DNA of 64,000 bases, taken from positions 20,522,001-20,586,000 of the forward strand of contig CM069147.1 of the NCBI GenBank assembly GCA_035221665.1, in the 5' to 3' direction. Below the pieces are notes generated by a model. That model was given only the letters and a program-made list of their open reading frames with translations. It was not told the DNA's origin and did no database searches. The DNA comes from Okamejei kenojei. Its lineage: Eukaryota. Shown piece after piece: positions 13,213 to 25,798 of this stretch; the stretch's first letter is position 1; each line of letters starts with the position of its first letter. A program made the position numbers and the translations under genes.

Positions 13213-16090
13213 GATTTATATATACACGCTTTTAAAGAAAATAAACTAACAGAAACACTAACTGAGTCAACTATTACACTTATACCAAAAAAGCTTAAAG
13301 ATCTAGAAGACCCAGGCTCATATTGAGCCATAGCACTTCTAAATACAGATCAAAAAATATTAGCAAAGACCCTAGCGAGAAGATTGAGTAAATATGTTAG
13401 CAAACTAATAAACCCGGACGAAACAGGGTTTATACCAAAGAGATACTCATTAACAATTTGAGACGGCTGTTTAATATAATGTACTCGCATAATACTGAAG
13501 AAGACCTAGCAATTATTTCATTGGATGCAGAAAAAGCTTTTGATCAAGTAGCTTGGCAATATTTATTCAAAGTATTGCAAAAATTTAACATGGGAGAAAC
13601 TTTATCTCATGGGTAAAATTATTATACGAATAAGCTGATGGCTAGAATACTGACTAATAATATATTATCCCCGAAATTCCAATTAGCAAGGGGCAATAGG
13701 CAGGGGTGCGCACTATTGCCCCTGCTATTTGCACTAGTGATAGAGCCTTTCGCAGAAAGTATCAGAAGTCATTCGAATATTCATGGAGATAATACCAAAC
13801 GCTCAAATAATAAAATCTCATTATATGCAGACCACATATTATTATATATTACAAATTCACAAATTAGAATACCAAATATACTAAATTTAATAGAGGAATT
13901 TTGTTCTTTTTCAGGATATAGAATAAACTGGAACAAAAGCGAAATTATGAAGATAAAATCTCAAGAGCCGACACATCTGTTGAAATTCCCTTTTAGAATT
14001 GCAACAGAAAAATTTAAGTATTTCGGCATCCAAATTACAAGGAAATATAAATCACTATTCAATGCAAACTATATGCCTTTATTAACTAAATTAAATGGGT
14101 TGATTAAATTTTGTAAAATCTGCCGATGTTCTTAGCAGGCAGAATAAATGCAATAAAAATGATGTTCTTACCACAAATACTGTACCTATTTCAATCAATA
14201 CCAATATACTTACCAAAAAACGTCTTTAAAAAACTAGATTCTGATATTATAAACTTCATATGGGATTATAAATCACACAGAATTCAAAGAAAACACTTGT
14301 GTAAATCTAAAGAATCAGGGGGACTGACACTCCCTAACTTATTGTATTACTATTGGGCAGTGTATATTAAAAAATATAATCTACTCGTTGGACAGTTCTG
14401 CCCAACAGGTAGATTGGATAAGAATGGAGGAAGAGGATTGTTCCCCTTATAATACAGGAGCGATCCTTCTTTCCCCGATGAAACTGAAAAATATATTATA
14501 TAAGAAGAATCCAATTATTCACAGTATAATACGAATTTGTAAAACAAATAAAATTAACTTTAAAATTAAGAAAATTATTGCTTCTTTCTCCAATAGCTAA
14601 TAATCCCTCATTCAAACCATCTATTATAGATAAAACGTTTAATCAATGGGAAAGAATAGGAATTAAATTGATGGGAAATGTGTATGAAATGGGAAAACTT
14701 TTATCATTCCAACAATTACAACTAAAATATAATTTGAAAAGTAATCAATATTTCAAATATCTCCAAATTCATGATTATTTGAAAAAATATATACAAGGAT
14801 ATCAAACTCTAACCCCAGATTTATTAGAGGAAGGAATGAATAGAAAGGCAGAATCAAGCAATTTAATATCTTACTTATATAATATAATTCTAAATATAGA
14901 AACACCAACGACAAAGGCAATTAGAAGGGACTGGGAACAAGAGTTATTGATAAAAATTCTGTACGATAGATGGGAAAAAATCTATTATATGTAGATAAAT
15001 GTTCAATTAATGTAAGACATAACCTAATTCTATTTAAAATTATACATAGATTATATTATTCGAAAACTAGACTGCATAAAATATTTTCAAATGTTTCCCC
15101 CATCTGTGATAAATGTCTAACTCAAAATGCCACTATAGCACATTCCTTTGTCTCTTGTACAAAACTGCATAAATTTTGTAATGAAATTTTTGAATTTTTA
15201 CAAAACTATTTAACACAAAATTGAACCCCAATACAGAATTGATTATCTTTGGATCAATGGAAGAGGGAAGTAAACTAACTATATTCCAAGAAGCTTTTCT
15301 TAATTACGGTTTAATAGAAGCAAAAAAACTTATACTCAAATTTTGGAAAAACGCAATCACGGCAACATTCAAAATGTGGATTTCAAATATGTCGGAAACG
15401 CTACATCTTGAAGAAATGAGATTCCTCCTACTAGGCAAAGTAGACCAATTCTTAAAGACTTGGTCTCCTTTTATCAACTTTTTACAAGCAGATGGTGCAA
15501 CATAACATAACCTTAGAAATTAAATGGTTTAGAACCGGGTGACGGATGGGCAAAAATACGAAATAGGTAGATCTCTCCTAATCTCTCTTTTCTCTACTTT
15601 CTCCTTTTCTTTCAATCTTTTTAGCTTCTCATCTCTGTCCTTTATTTCTTTTGCTATCTGTCTCTACTTGCTTGTCTATCTATTCCGACACTCTTTATTT
15701 CTTTTTTCTCTCACTGTTCTTTTATTATTAAATTAAAAATACGAAGTTGTACAAGAATGGAAATATGTGTTTATGTATTAGGTACTCAAGTACCACCCTA
15801 TTGAACGTCTAACAAAAATAAACAAAAAACAGTTGTAAAGAGCGAGAGCAGAATTTAAGTTGCAGCCTCTGAAAAAAGTTGGACAATATATGCAAAATAA
15901 TATCCTGCGATGATAATTATCATTTCACTTCCCAGGATCGTAGGTGCAATAGAGATCATCAATTCTTAAAATGGCTGCAATAAACGATTATGAACCACAC
16001 TACAAAACCTAATTCATTACTAATCTTCAGCAGCGATATGCATTTAGATTCTCCGCCTCTCACGTTTATTTGAGCTGTTTTCATCTGCAT

Positions 16091-16168
16091 TCACTGCGCC
16101 GATGTTTTCTTTGTTTTGGGAAGCTGCAGAGCGGCATATATCACATCGTAAATTCCACTAGTTATTGT
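16091..16168 (-). CDS. Putative terminal cytoplasmic exon of the minus-strand Ig receptor, with ITIM
   Basis: Acceptor ttactttccag, then TITSGIYDVIYAALQLPKTKKTSAQ*. VIYAAL fits the ITIM consensus. Same strand as the TM exon and downstream of it. Confidence 0.6.
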   Translation of the reverse strand, partial: TITSGIYDVIYAALQLPKTKKTSAQ

Positions 16169-17134
16169 CTGGAAAGTAATTAAATACCATCCGTTAATTC
16201 ATTAACACGCATGACGCAAAACAAAGTTGTCACGAATTTATCAATTACCACCTTCAGTTTTTTTAAAGGCAAATACTAATTTTGGACTCTGCGTATCACC
16301 GACTTTCCCAATATTTACCGCCATCCACAAATGCCTGTTTTAGAATTTAGACTTGGTCCGTATATGTGCAACGTAGTGGGTGAAAAGGAAGTAGTCTTTC
16401 AGTTCACCCATGCACCTGCTACACTTTGTTATTGTGCTGCTTTAAAGCGCAGGTTTCGAGGGGGGGGGGGTATGTTTTGACTAGCTTAGGAGAGTAACTA
16501 TGTTGTATTCGTCGATCGGATTCTCTGCACCCGCTGCATCTGGTGGTGGAAGAGCTGAATGTTTAGGATTTAGCATGGCCATTTTAATTGGGTGGTGATT
16601 CACTTCTTGGGAGATGCGGAAAGCGCCCTCATCCAGCCAAGTGGAAAGTACCCAAACGCACGCCAAATTCCTTAGTTTAGATGTTGGAAGGATCTTGAGA
16701 TGAGAAGTTGTTTTTAATTTGCCACAGGAATATAACCATTAGCTTGTTTTTGAAGCCATGGTATCTATTGGACGACTTCGGTTGAATATCTGGTCAGTAG
16801 TTAACCCCCAGAATATAAATCGTCAGAGGCTCGACCTGCTAAGCTATTGAATACCAAATCTTTCTTGTTGGAAATAATCATTGTCTGGCATTGTTATGAT
16901 TTGAATGAGGTCGGCACATTCAGATTGTACACCTCTGTTATTTCCCCCGTTTTCCTTTTTGATTTACAGCAAACTTTAATGATAGAAGCGACTCTTGACT
17001 AACAATAGTTCCTTATTTAAATGCAAAACAAATTTCGCGTAAATCTAGATTATACATTATTGGTGTCTCTTTTATTTAGAGACATTTATTGCAATGTAAT
17101 CACTATGAATATTTGTAGCCGATAATTAGAATCA

Positions 17135-17670
17135 TAGAAAATAGGTGCTTTCTCCTTCGAGCCTGCACCGCCATTCAATATGATCATGGCTGATCATCCA
17201 ACTCAGTATCCTGTACCTGCCTCTCTCCATACCCCCTGATCCCTTTAGCCACAAGGGCCACATCTAACTCACTCTTAAATATAGCCAATGGACTGGCCTC
17301 AACTACCTTCTGTGGCAGAGAATTCCACAGACTCACCACTCTCTGTGTGAAAAAAAGATCTTCCCATCTCGGTCCTAAAGGACTTCCCCCTTATCCTTAA
17401 ATTGTGACCCCTTGTTCTGGAGTTCCCCAACATCGGGAACAATCTTCCTGCATATAGCCTGTTCAACCCCTTAAGAATTTTGTAAGCCTCTATAAGACCC
17501 CCCCCCCCCCTCAATCTCCTAAATTCCAGCGAGTACAAGCCGAGTCTATCCAGTCTTTCTTCATATGGAAGTCCTGCCATCCCAGGAATCAGTCTGGTGA
17601 ACCTTCTCTGTACTAATCAGTCTGGTGAACCTTCTCTGTACTAATCAGTCTGGTGAACCTTCTCTGTACT
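17135..17670 (-). mobile_element. CR1 LINE 3' fragment
   Basis: ORF 17299-17580 ([23 protein letters not shown]) and a CR1 3' tail. Confidence 0.9.
17587..17670. repeat. Three exact copies of a 28-bp unit (aatcagtctggtgaaccttctctgtact)
   Basis: Units at 17587-17614, 17615-17642 and 17643-17670, at the 5' truncation point of the CR1 copy. Confidence 0.95.
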
Positions 17671-17741
17671 CTGTAAATTGACTGTTAGTTTGACCTGCTG
17701 AATACATGACAGAATTTCTAAGGCTGTATTTCTTTACCCAC

Positions 17742-17785
17742 GTGCAATTTATAGTCAGAATATGGATTGCAGAAATTTGCTGACG
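17742..17785 (-). CDS. Candidate 44-bp cytoplasmic exon of the minus-strand Ig receptor
   Basis: Acceptor tgtcattttctacag and donor cac/gtgggt. Phase 1 in, phase 0 out, which links the TM exon to the ITIM exon (ASANFCNPYSDYKLH). Supported only by splice signals and phase. Confidence 0.3.
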
Positions 17786-18276
17786 CTGTAGAAAATGACA
17801 GATAGAAACGCGGTTTTCTCAGGTTTAGTAACTACCACATGTCTGGTATTCTGTTGTATAATCTGATTTGGCACCTCGTTTGGAAATGGATGGAAATGTT
17901 TTATGTTGCTTAACTGACGGTTGCCATTGCGTCTTGCGCTCCAAAATCAGTTTCACGTTAGGCAACCTGTTTCAATCCTCTTACATCACTGATATTCATC
18001 TGACGAGATGGAAAATTCCTCAGACATGTCTTGCTCGAAAAGCATGACAATTCCAATCGGTTAATGGCCGCTCAATCCGCCCAGTTCCAATGATCAGCCA
18101 AGAGTGTAAGATATAATCGAGGTTGCTATCAAGTGGCACTTGTTCACCAATATTTTCTCAGCACCACTCAATTTCGTTTTTTCTAAAATTACGCTGCTAC
18201 ACTATTTGGTCGACAAATTGACCAGAATTTCCGCAATTACATGAAAGTAATTATATATTACACCAAGTAAGGTGAT

Positions 18277-18366
18277 AGAAACATAGAAAATAGGTGCAGG
18301 AGTAGGCGATTCGGCCCTTCGAGCCTGCACCGCCATTCAATATGATCATGGCTGATCATGGCTGAT
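18277..18366 (-). mobile_element. CR1 3'-tail fragment
   Basis: atagaaacatagaaaataggtgcaggagtagg... matches the tails at 17135 and 45857. Confidence 0.8.
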
Positions 18367-19375
18367 TTAAGGTCTTAATGCAATCTATAGGTTTGCTAAA
18401 AAATTGCGGATGCATGGGCATTTCCAAGGTTGGAACTTACCTCAAGTAATCAAACTGGTGGTCAGGCACAAATACCTCACATGCAAAATTACTGTTCCAG
18501 GCACCATTTACATTAAGGCAGCATTTGACTAACTGTGGAAATAGGAAGCCCCAGAAAAATGGAATTCACTGGGCATGAAAGTGAACAATCGATAGTTAGA
18601 GTTTACCTCACAGGAGAAAATATGGTTGTGATTGTTGGAGTTCCCAGCCTGGGACATCTCCATCGATGTTCTTCAATGCAATATCCTATGGTCAGCCATC
18701 TTCAGCTCCTTTTTCAAAACATTTCACTGCCATGCTAAGGTCATAACGGGGGATGTTAGATGATGATTGCACAAGGCTTTGTTCCATTTGGAATGTTTCA
18801 GCAGACACAGCTCAACGTACCCACGCCTCAGACTATCCTTGTCTGGTTTGCGGATCTGGTGAGCGGATTTGCTGGCTTTACCTTGCACTAAACGTTATTC
18901 CCTTATCATGTATCTATGCACTGGAAATGGATCGATTGTAATCATGCATTGTCTCTCTGTTGACTGGTGAGCATGCAACAAAAGCTTTTCACTGTACCTC
19001 AGTACACGTGACAATAAACTAAACTAAACTAAACTTGAACAGCATTTCGATCTCGGCTGATAAGTGACTTTCATATTCAGCCTTTCAAGAAGGCACCCCA
19101 CTTTCTTTGCAATTATGGCGGGATATTACGCGGTGGCCCTACCAGTAAGGCCTTCATCCAGAAAATGTGTTAAAGAAAAGTACTTAAAATTATGCTGCTT
19201 ATCGACCTAGGATAAATGCACATAATATTCCTGAGGGCGGATCTGATACGGTTAGCTGCAAATTTTTAACTGCAATTATGAATTGGATTGAGCTTGAAGC
19301 AGACACCCTACAGGCCTTGTCAAGAACGCAACTTCCACTATTCTATTCTTAAACATGCCTGGCAAACAGAGTAAC

Positions 19376-19596
19376 TAGGGTACACAAAAGGCTGGAGAAA
19401 CTCAGCGGGTGCAGCAGCATCTAAGGAGCGAAGGAGATAGGCGACGTTTCGGGTCGAGACCCTTCTTCAGACAGAAGGGTCTCGACCCGAAACGTCGCCT
19501 ATCTCCTTCGCTCCTTAGATGCTGCTGCACCCGCTGAGTTTCTCCAGCCTTTTGTGTACCCTCGATTCCCCAGCATTTGCAGTTCCTTCTTTAACA
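19376..19596. mobile_element. Short Penelope-like repeat as a perfect palindrome (90-bp arms, 6-nt loop) with a 12-bp TSD
   Basis: Arm 19377-19466 is the reverse complement of arm 19473-19562, with loop tcagac. Direct repeat aaacagagtaac at 19364-19375 and 19597-19608. The Penelope family call is inferred. Confidence 0.8.
19443..19472 (-). ncRNA. Minimal type-I hammerhead-ribozyme-like motif
   Basis: Minus strand reads GU-CUGAAGA-A-GGGUC-UC-GACCC-GAAAC-GUC: CUGANGA core, 5-bp stem II, GAAA, and a GUC cleavage triplet. Confidence 0.5.
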
Positions 19597-21098
19597 AAAC
19601 AGAGTAACCAATAGTTTTCCAGAAATTATCACTTGTTCTCATGCCTCTTCGAGGTATTCATGTCGACTCCTTGCTCGCAATCAGAACATGTGGCCCTTGG
19701 TCACTCCTTTCTTCTCACTTCCCGAAGCAGCAGCCATTGAGAGACCTAAAGTACTATTCCAACTTGATTTAGCTAAGGAACTAGATATAGGGACATAATG
19801 TCCTGGGTTATGTTAATCTGCTTGATTTGACTGGGAACAATCCAGATAAGGATTGAAACAGGAAGTACAACCGATTTGTCTTGATATAAGTAAAGGCGCG
19901 GCGTGCAGAAACAAGGAATTAATGCCAATGTTTATGTTACTAATTGAGGTCTTAGTTGATGTACTCCGCTCAAATTAGGGTAGAATAACAGCAACTTTAC
20001 GAAATCCCGTATGTTCAAGGGCAGTGTAAAACAGATGTTGTTCTTCTTGTAGCAAATAAAAAAAACAATTCACAATTGAACGTTAATTTATTTGGGGTTG
20101 TTCTGATTGAGTAAATACGGAGAATCAATTTCTTCCCGAAGATATCAACTATCTAAATGATATCTTTCAAGAACGTTGCCTGAATAAGCAGACGATAAAT
20201 TGGAATATTTTTAATTATTTTAAAGTATAACCTGGGATAATAGTACGAAATGCTGCCTTCCATGGTTCTGTGGAATATTCTTTCTTCAAACATCAGGGGC
20301 CATTGTCCGCGAGCTATCACGGGTGTTGGAAGTGCGACGTGTTGGGTCAATTGCATGCGGATCCGAAACAATTGAAGACCAGACTGTTTTTCGGTACAAG
20401 CATTACATTGCACACGACTCTAAAAAAGGTTTTAATCAAAGTCGTACACAATTTCACCAAGTACTATAAGTTTCTATAAGTTAATAATTTGTCAATATCT
20501 TCCAGCACTCGATTGCGAACCTATTGCCTAAGTTCTTTCTCTGGCATTCGGGATCACTCTACACACTTATATTTATTAGTTTCTCGCTACCTAATTACTT
20601 TTTGATTCTTCTCGCCAAAGTAAATAACCATATATGTCTCCGCTTAATACTCTACATGCCGCATTTTTTAACGCATGCGCTTAACGTTTCTGATATGGAG
20701 TGTATGACAAAGTACTATGCGGGTTTTCTCTCACAATTCCAATTAAAATCAAGATCAAACGGACGGTACCAATGGTCAATAAGTTAACTGTTACAAATCA
20801 ATAGAGATACTCAAGCTCTGAATAATTATTTTATGCCGTTTGATCTGGTGGTGAATTCATATCTACAAAGTGTAAAAGATGATTAATTTCAGGTAAAATT
20901 GCTATCTTGATGTGCGATAGATTGGTGAATAATTCGAAGGGCGAGGCGAACTGTTTTCACTAGAAGTTATAGTTTAAATTTCATAATGAATTATCAATCA
21001 GATAGACCTTTAGAAATCTCGTATATTTCTTAATGATCACAATGTTACCATTCGAATTTACAAACGTAAACACTTGTTGAAATAGGCAGCGCTCTTAC

Positions 21099-21200
21099 CA
21101 TTCAATGGCTTGTACACTAGTTCTGCAAAAATTATTAACAGAGCTATGATTGCCAATCCGCCCTGCGCACACGTGAGAATCAAGATAATGGAATTGGGAC
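21099..21200 (-). CDS. Ig receptor exon 4: transmembrane
   Basis: Acceptor ttttgttcttgtag, donor g/gtaaga, phase 1/1. Encodes GPNSIILILTCAQGGLAIIALLIIFAELVYKPLN. Confidence 0.75.
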
Positions 21201-21964
21201 CTACAAGAACAAAATATGAAAATGTAAAAAATATGCATATGTAAGTACTTTCATCAATAGTACACGAGGTAGAGCATTTCAATGGTGTCTTTAAATCCTC
21301 ACAGCACATAAAAATATACAAACAATCCCAATTGCTCGTTCATGATGGGATTTATGCAGAAAAGCAAATCCCATTCCAAAATGGCTGCTTCCACGAACGT
21401 CAGCTATTAGGATAAAAACCGTTTGCTTTTCTATTGCAATGCCACACCGAAATCAACATCAACAAGCCGCATCAGCCTTCTATATTTCTAGTTGAATACT
21501 GAATATTTGCCGCAACACGTTTTGCAGAGCGGTTAGCACAAGAAGATAACCCAAGACAGGTCACAAGACCATTATACATTTAACATATAAAATTGACACC
21601 AAATCAACGTATTATGAGATATTAGAGGGCCTGACCAAACAACAATCGATAAGAATGAATATCTCTCGCATATCAAGACATTTATAGGTATCTCTCTTGG
21701 AATCTTATCTGGATCAGAAGGTTATGACTATTTTATCTGACTATATGACTTTAGACTCAATCCACTCAATAATTTCTGGGAAAATAGCCCATTCATCTGG
21801 AAAACTGACAGCTAATTCAATGTTGAATAACTTGCACGAGAACCAATTCAACCAGGGCACCACTGCATATTCCACTGGAGCGTCTATCAAATCTGCTATG
21901 GAATTGCCATATAATGTTCTTGCTATTGCACTCACACTCGTAGCACTCACACTCGTAGCAATAC

Positions 21965-24215
21965 GAGGGTGAGTGCTACGAGGGTGGAGAGAGTCAGAAC
22001 TGGACCTAGGGTGGAGATTTTTGATTGGAGAAAGGCTAACTTTGAGGGAATGCGTAAGGATTTTAAAGGAGTGAATTGGGACACTTTGTTTCATGGGAAG
22101 GATGTAGAAGAGAAATGGAGGACATTTAAAGGGGAAATTGTAAGAGTACAGAATCTTTATGTCCCCGTTAGGTTGAAAGGAAATAGTAAAAATTGGAAAG
22201 AGCCATGGTTTTGAAGGGAAATTGGACACTTGTTTCGAAAAAGGATAGATATCTACAATAATTATAGGAGGCATGGAGTAAATGAGGTGCTAGAGGAGTA
22301 TAAAGAATGTAAAAAGAATCTTAAGAAAGAAATTAGGAAGGCTAAAAGAAGATATGAGATTGCTTTGGCAAGAAAGGTGAAAGTAAACCCAAAGGGTTTC
22401 TACAGCTATATTAATAGCAAAAGGATAACGAGGGATAAAATTGGACCATTAGAGAACCAGAATGGACAGCTATCTGCAGAGCCAAAAGAGATGGGGGAGA
22501 TATTGAACAATTTCTTTTCTTCGGTATTCACCAAGGAGAAGGGTATTGAACTCTGTGAGTTAAGGGGAAAAAGTAGAGTAGCTATGGAAACTATGAGATT
22601 GAAAGAGGAGGAAGTACTGACACTTTTGAAAAATATAAAAGTGGATAAGTCTCCAGGTCCTGACAGGATATTCCCTAGGACATTGAGGGAAGTTAGTGTA
22701 GAAATAGCAGGAGCTATGACAGAAATATTTCAAATGTCATTAGAAACGGGAATAGTGCCGGAGGATTGGCGTACTGCGCATGTTGTTCCATTGTTTTAAA
22801 AAGGGTTCAAAGAATAAACCTAGCAATTATAGACCCATTAGTTTGACGTCAGTGGTGGGCAAATTAATGGAAAGGATACTTAGAGATAATATATATAAGC
22901 ATCTGGATAAACAGGGTCTGACCAGGAACAGTCAACATGGATTTGTGCCTGGAAGGTCATGTTTGACAAACCTTCTTGAATTTTTTTGAAGTGGTAACTA
23001 GGGAAATTGATGAGGGTAAAGCAGTGGATGTTGTCTATATGGATTTCAGTAAGGCCTTTGACAAGGTTCCCCATGGAAGGTTGGTTAAGAAGGTTCAATC
23101 TTTGGGTGTTAATGGCGGAGTAGCAAGATGGATTCAACAGTGGCTGAATGGGAGATGTCAGAGAGTAATGGTGGATGGCTGTTTGTCAGGTTGGAAGCCG
23201 GTGACCAGTGGAGGTGCCTCAGGGATCTGTGTTGGGTCCACTGTTGTTTGTCATGTACATCAATGATCTGGATGATGGGGTGGAAAATTGGATAAGTAAG
23301 TATGCAGATGATACTAAGATAGGTGGTGTTGTGGATAATGAAGTAGATTTTCAAAGTCTACAGAGAGCTTTGGGCCATTTGGAAAAGTGGGCTGAAAGAT
23401 GGCAGATGGAGTTTAATGCTGTTAAGTGTGAAGGCTACATCTTGGCAGGACAAATCAAAATAGGACGTACATGGTAAATGTTAGAGGAATTGAGGAATGC
23501 TGTGGAACAGAGGGATCTAGGAATAACTGTGCATAGTTCCCTGAAGGTGGAATCGCATGTAGATAGGGTGGTAAAGAAAGCCTTTGGTGTGCTGGCCTTT
23601 ATAAATCAGAGCATTGAATATAGGAGTAGGGAAGTAATGTTAAAATTGTACAAGACATTGGTAAGACCAATTCTGGAGTGGTGTACAATTTTGGTCGCCT
23701 AGTTATAGGAAGGATGTCAACAAAATAGAGAGAGTACAGAGGAGATTTACTAGAATGTTGCCAGGGTTCCAGCAACTATGTTACAGAGAAAGGTTGAACA
23801 AGTTAGGTCTTTATTCTTTGGAGCGCAGAAGGTTAAGGGGAGACTTGATTGAGGTCTTTAAAATGATGAAAGGGATAGACAGAGTTAACGTGGATACGTT
23901 TTTCCCATTGAGGGTAGGGAAGATTCAAACAAGAGGGCATGACATGAGAATTAAGGGACAGAAGTTTCGGGGTAACGTGAGGGGGAACTTCTTTACTCAG
24001 AGCGTGGTGGCTGTGTGGAATGAGCTTCCAGCAGAAGTGGTGGAGGCAGGATTGATTTTAACATTTAAGATTAAAGTGAATAGGTATATGGACGTGAAGG
24101 GAATGGAGGGGTATGGTCTGAGTGCAGGTAGATGGGACTAGGGGAAAACAAATGGTCGGCACGGACTGGAAGGGCCGAGAGGGCCTGTTTCCGTGCTGTA
24201 ATTGTTATATTGTTA
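21965..24215 (+). mobile_element. CR1 LINE, 5'-truncated ORF2 (RT), frameshifted, intronic and antisense to the Ig gene
   Basis: ORFs 22230-24141 ([51 protein letters not shown]) and a 3' tail. Confidence 0.95.
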
Positions 24216-24439
24216 TAATACCTGCATGTACATTTTCCGGTTTTGTACAAGCACGTCGTAATTCCTTCTTACACAATCTACCATCTCAATTTTGAATTAA
24301 ATACTTATTTTCTATTCTCTCTTCTTTTCTATGGTTCTACCCAAAACAGGCACTGACTTTTAACAATGTCTTTCTCTGTGTGGCATCGACACGCCACTCC
24401 GAGCATATCATCCCATCCTTCAATACCAAATATGTATTT

Positions 24440-24725
24440 AGTTGAGTTTAGTTTAGTTTAGAGATACAGCGCGGAAAAAGGCCCACCGAGTCCGCACCGA
24501 CCAGTGATCGCGCACATTAACACTATCCTACACACACTAGGGACAATTTACACTTATACCAAGCCAATTAACCGACAAACCTGCACGTCTTTGGAATGTG
24601 GGAGGAAAGCAAAGATCTCAGACAAAAATCCACGCGGTCACGGGGAGAACGTACAAACTCCGTACAGACGGCACCCGTAGTAGGGGTCGGCGCTGGAAGC
24701 GCTGTGAAGCTGCAACTCTACGTCT
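24440..24725 (-). mobile_element. SINE fragment (same family as 40845-41135)
   Basis: Reverse complement shares the core ggagtttgtacgttctccccgtgaccgcgtgg and the (taaac)n tail. Confidence 0.75.
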
Positions 24726-25798
24726 GCGCATATGTACGTCTACGTCCACGTCTATCGAAATATGAGGAGCAGATATTTCTCCAATTACAGTTCCTGAGAT
24801 TCAACGCAATTATTTATCTTCCTTGCCAGAAATTCTGTTCTGATGACACTTTTGGACCACACGTGAATGCCTTCAATAATATTTACAATTCGGTAACATT
24901 GATGGACTGCCTATCCCCCATTTTATCTTACTTGCAAGTTCTTCATTCTGGCATTTGCCACCCAGAGACCTGGCTATTCCTGATCAGATCTCTTAATCTA
25001 CGCAACATAAGAGCGAGGTCTCGCAAAACACATCACATGCCCGAGAACAAATCCCATTTCCTATCAAATCATTGTTTTTTTGTCATGTTTATTCCGTATT
25101 AATTTGATTTTCAAATTTGTAATTTGTTCTCATATCACTGCCTGACTTTCTTGCTCCTTATGTCTACAAACTCGTTCGTCCGTGCGGCTTCTATGAGAAG
25201 GTCTCGAGCCGAGGCGGAGTTTCTTCCCACATGTCATCAGGACTGTAAACTCTGATCTCACCACGGAGTAATTACTGTTGTGTCTTTAAAAAATATATAA
25301 ATACTGTTCTGTTCTGTTCTGTTGTTTTGCACAATCCCGCAGGCATTGTCACTTGCATTTCACTGTACATCTTGTATGTGTATGTGCCAATAATGTGGAC
25401 TTGACGTGACCCGTTCCTTCTTTCCATGGATGCTGCCGTTGCCCGCTGAGTTGCTCCAGCATTTTGTGTTTACCTTCGACTTCTATGAAATGTTTTTTGG
25501 GCCTTTATCGTTTTCCAATCGACTTCCTCCCAATGCAATTATCTCCCACGCATTAAAGTGCGGCATTCTATTATTCTACTTCACGTTTCTTCTTTTAAAA
25601 TTGTCTTAAGGTAGTCATTGTGCAAGCATTTAATCATCTGCCCATTGGGATGATTAATGCTGGTACATTGAAGCGTTGGTGTAAAAATGATTCACCTTAA
25701 CCCTTTCACCCTATATGATTGCTATAGATCCAATTGTTTAATCCGCTATTCTGATCAGCTACTAACTCATTCTCAACTGCAAATATTCCCATTCTTAC

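Larger units (their letters stand above)
8415..15505 (+). pseudogene. L1 ORF2p remnant (APE endonuclease, RT, Cys-rich C-terminus), interrupted
   Basis: EN motifs SWNIRG, LQETH, IDYF, SDH. RT motifs KTPGPDGF, SLDAEKAFD, RGNRQGC, LYADH (YADD mutated). C-terminal CDKC...H...C. Many frameshifts. Confidence 0.9.
6090..15830 (+). mobile_element. Full-length decayed L1-clade LINE (ORF1 and ORF2) with two nested insertions
   Basis: 16-bp TSD agttgtaaagagcgag at 6074-6089 and 15831-15846. The insertion site reads ctt/aaaa, there is an A-rich tail, and ORF1 and ORF2 remnants are collinear. Confidence 0.93.

Noticed and set aside
16481-16666. Minus-strand ORF ending ENPIDEYNIVTLLS* as a cytoplasmic exon
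   Set aside because: It has a possible phase-1 acceptor, but the Tyr context is not ITIM consensus and I found no good donor. It cannot be excluded as an alternative last exon.
17587-17670. CRISPR-like direct repeats
   Set aside because: No spacers, the sequence is CR1-derived, and the context is eukaryotic.
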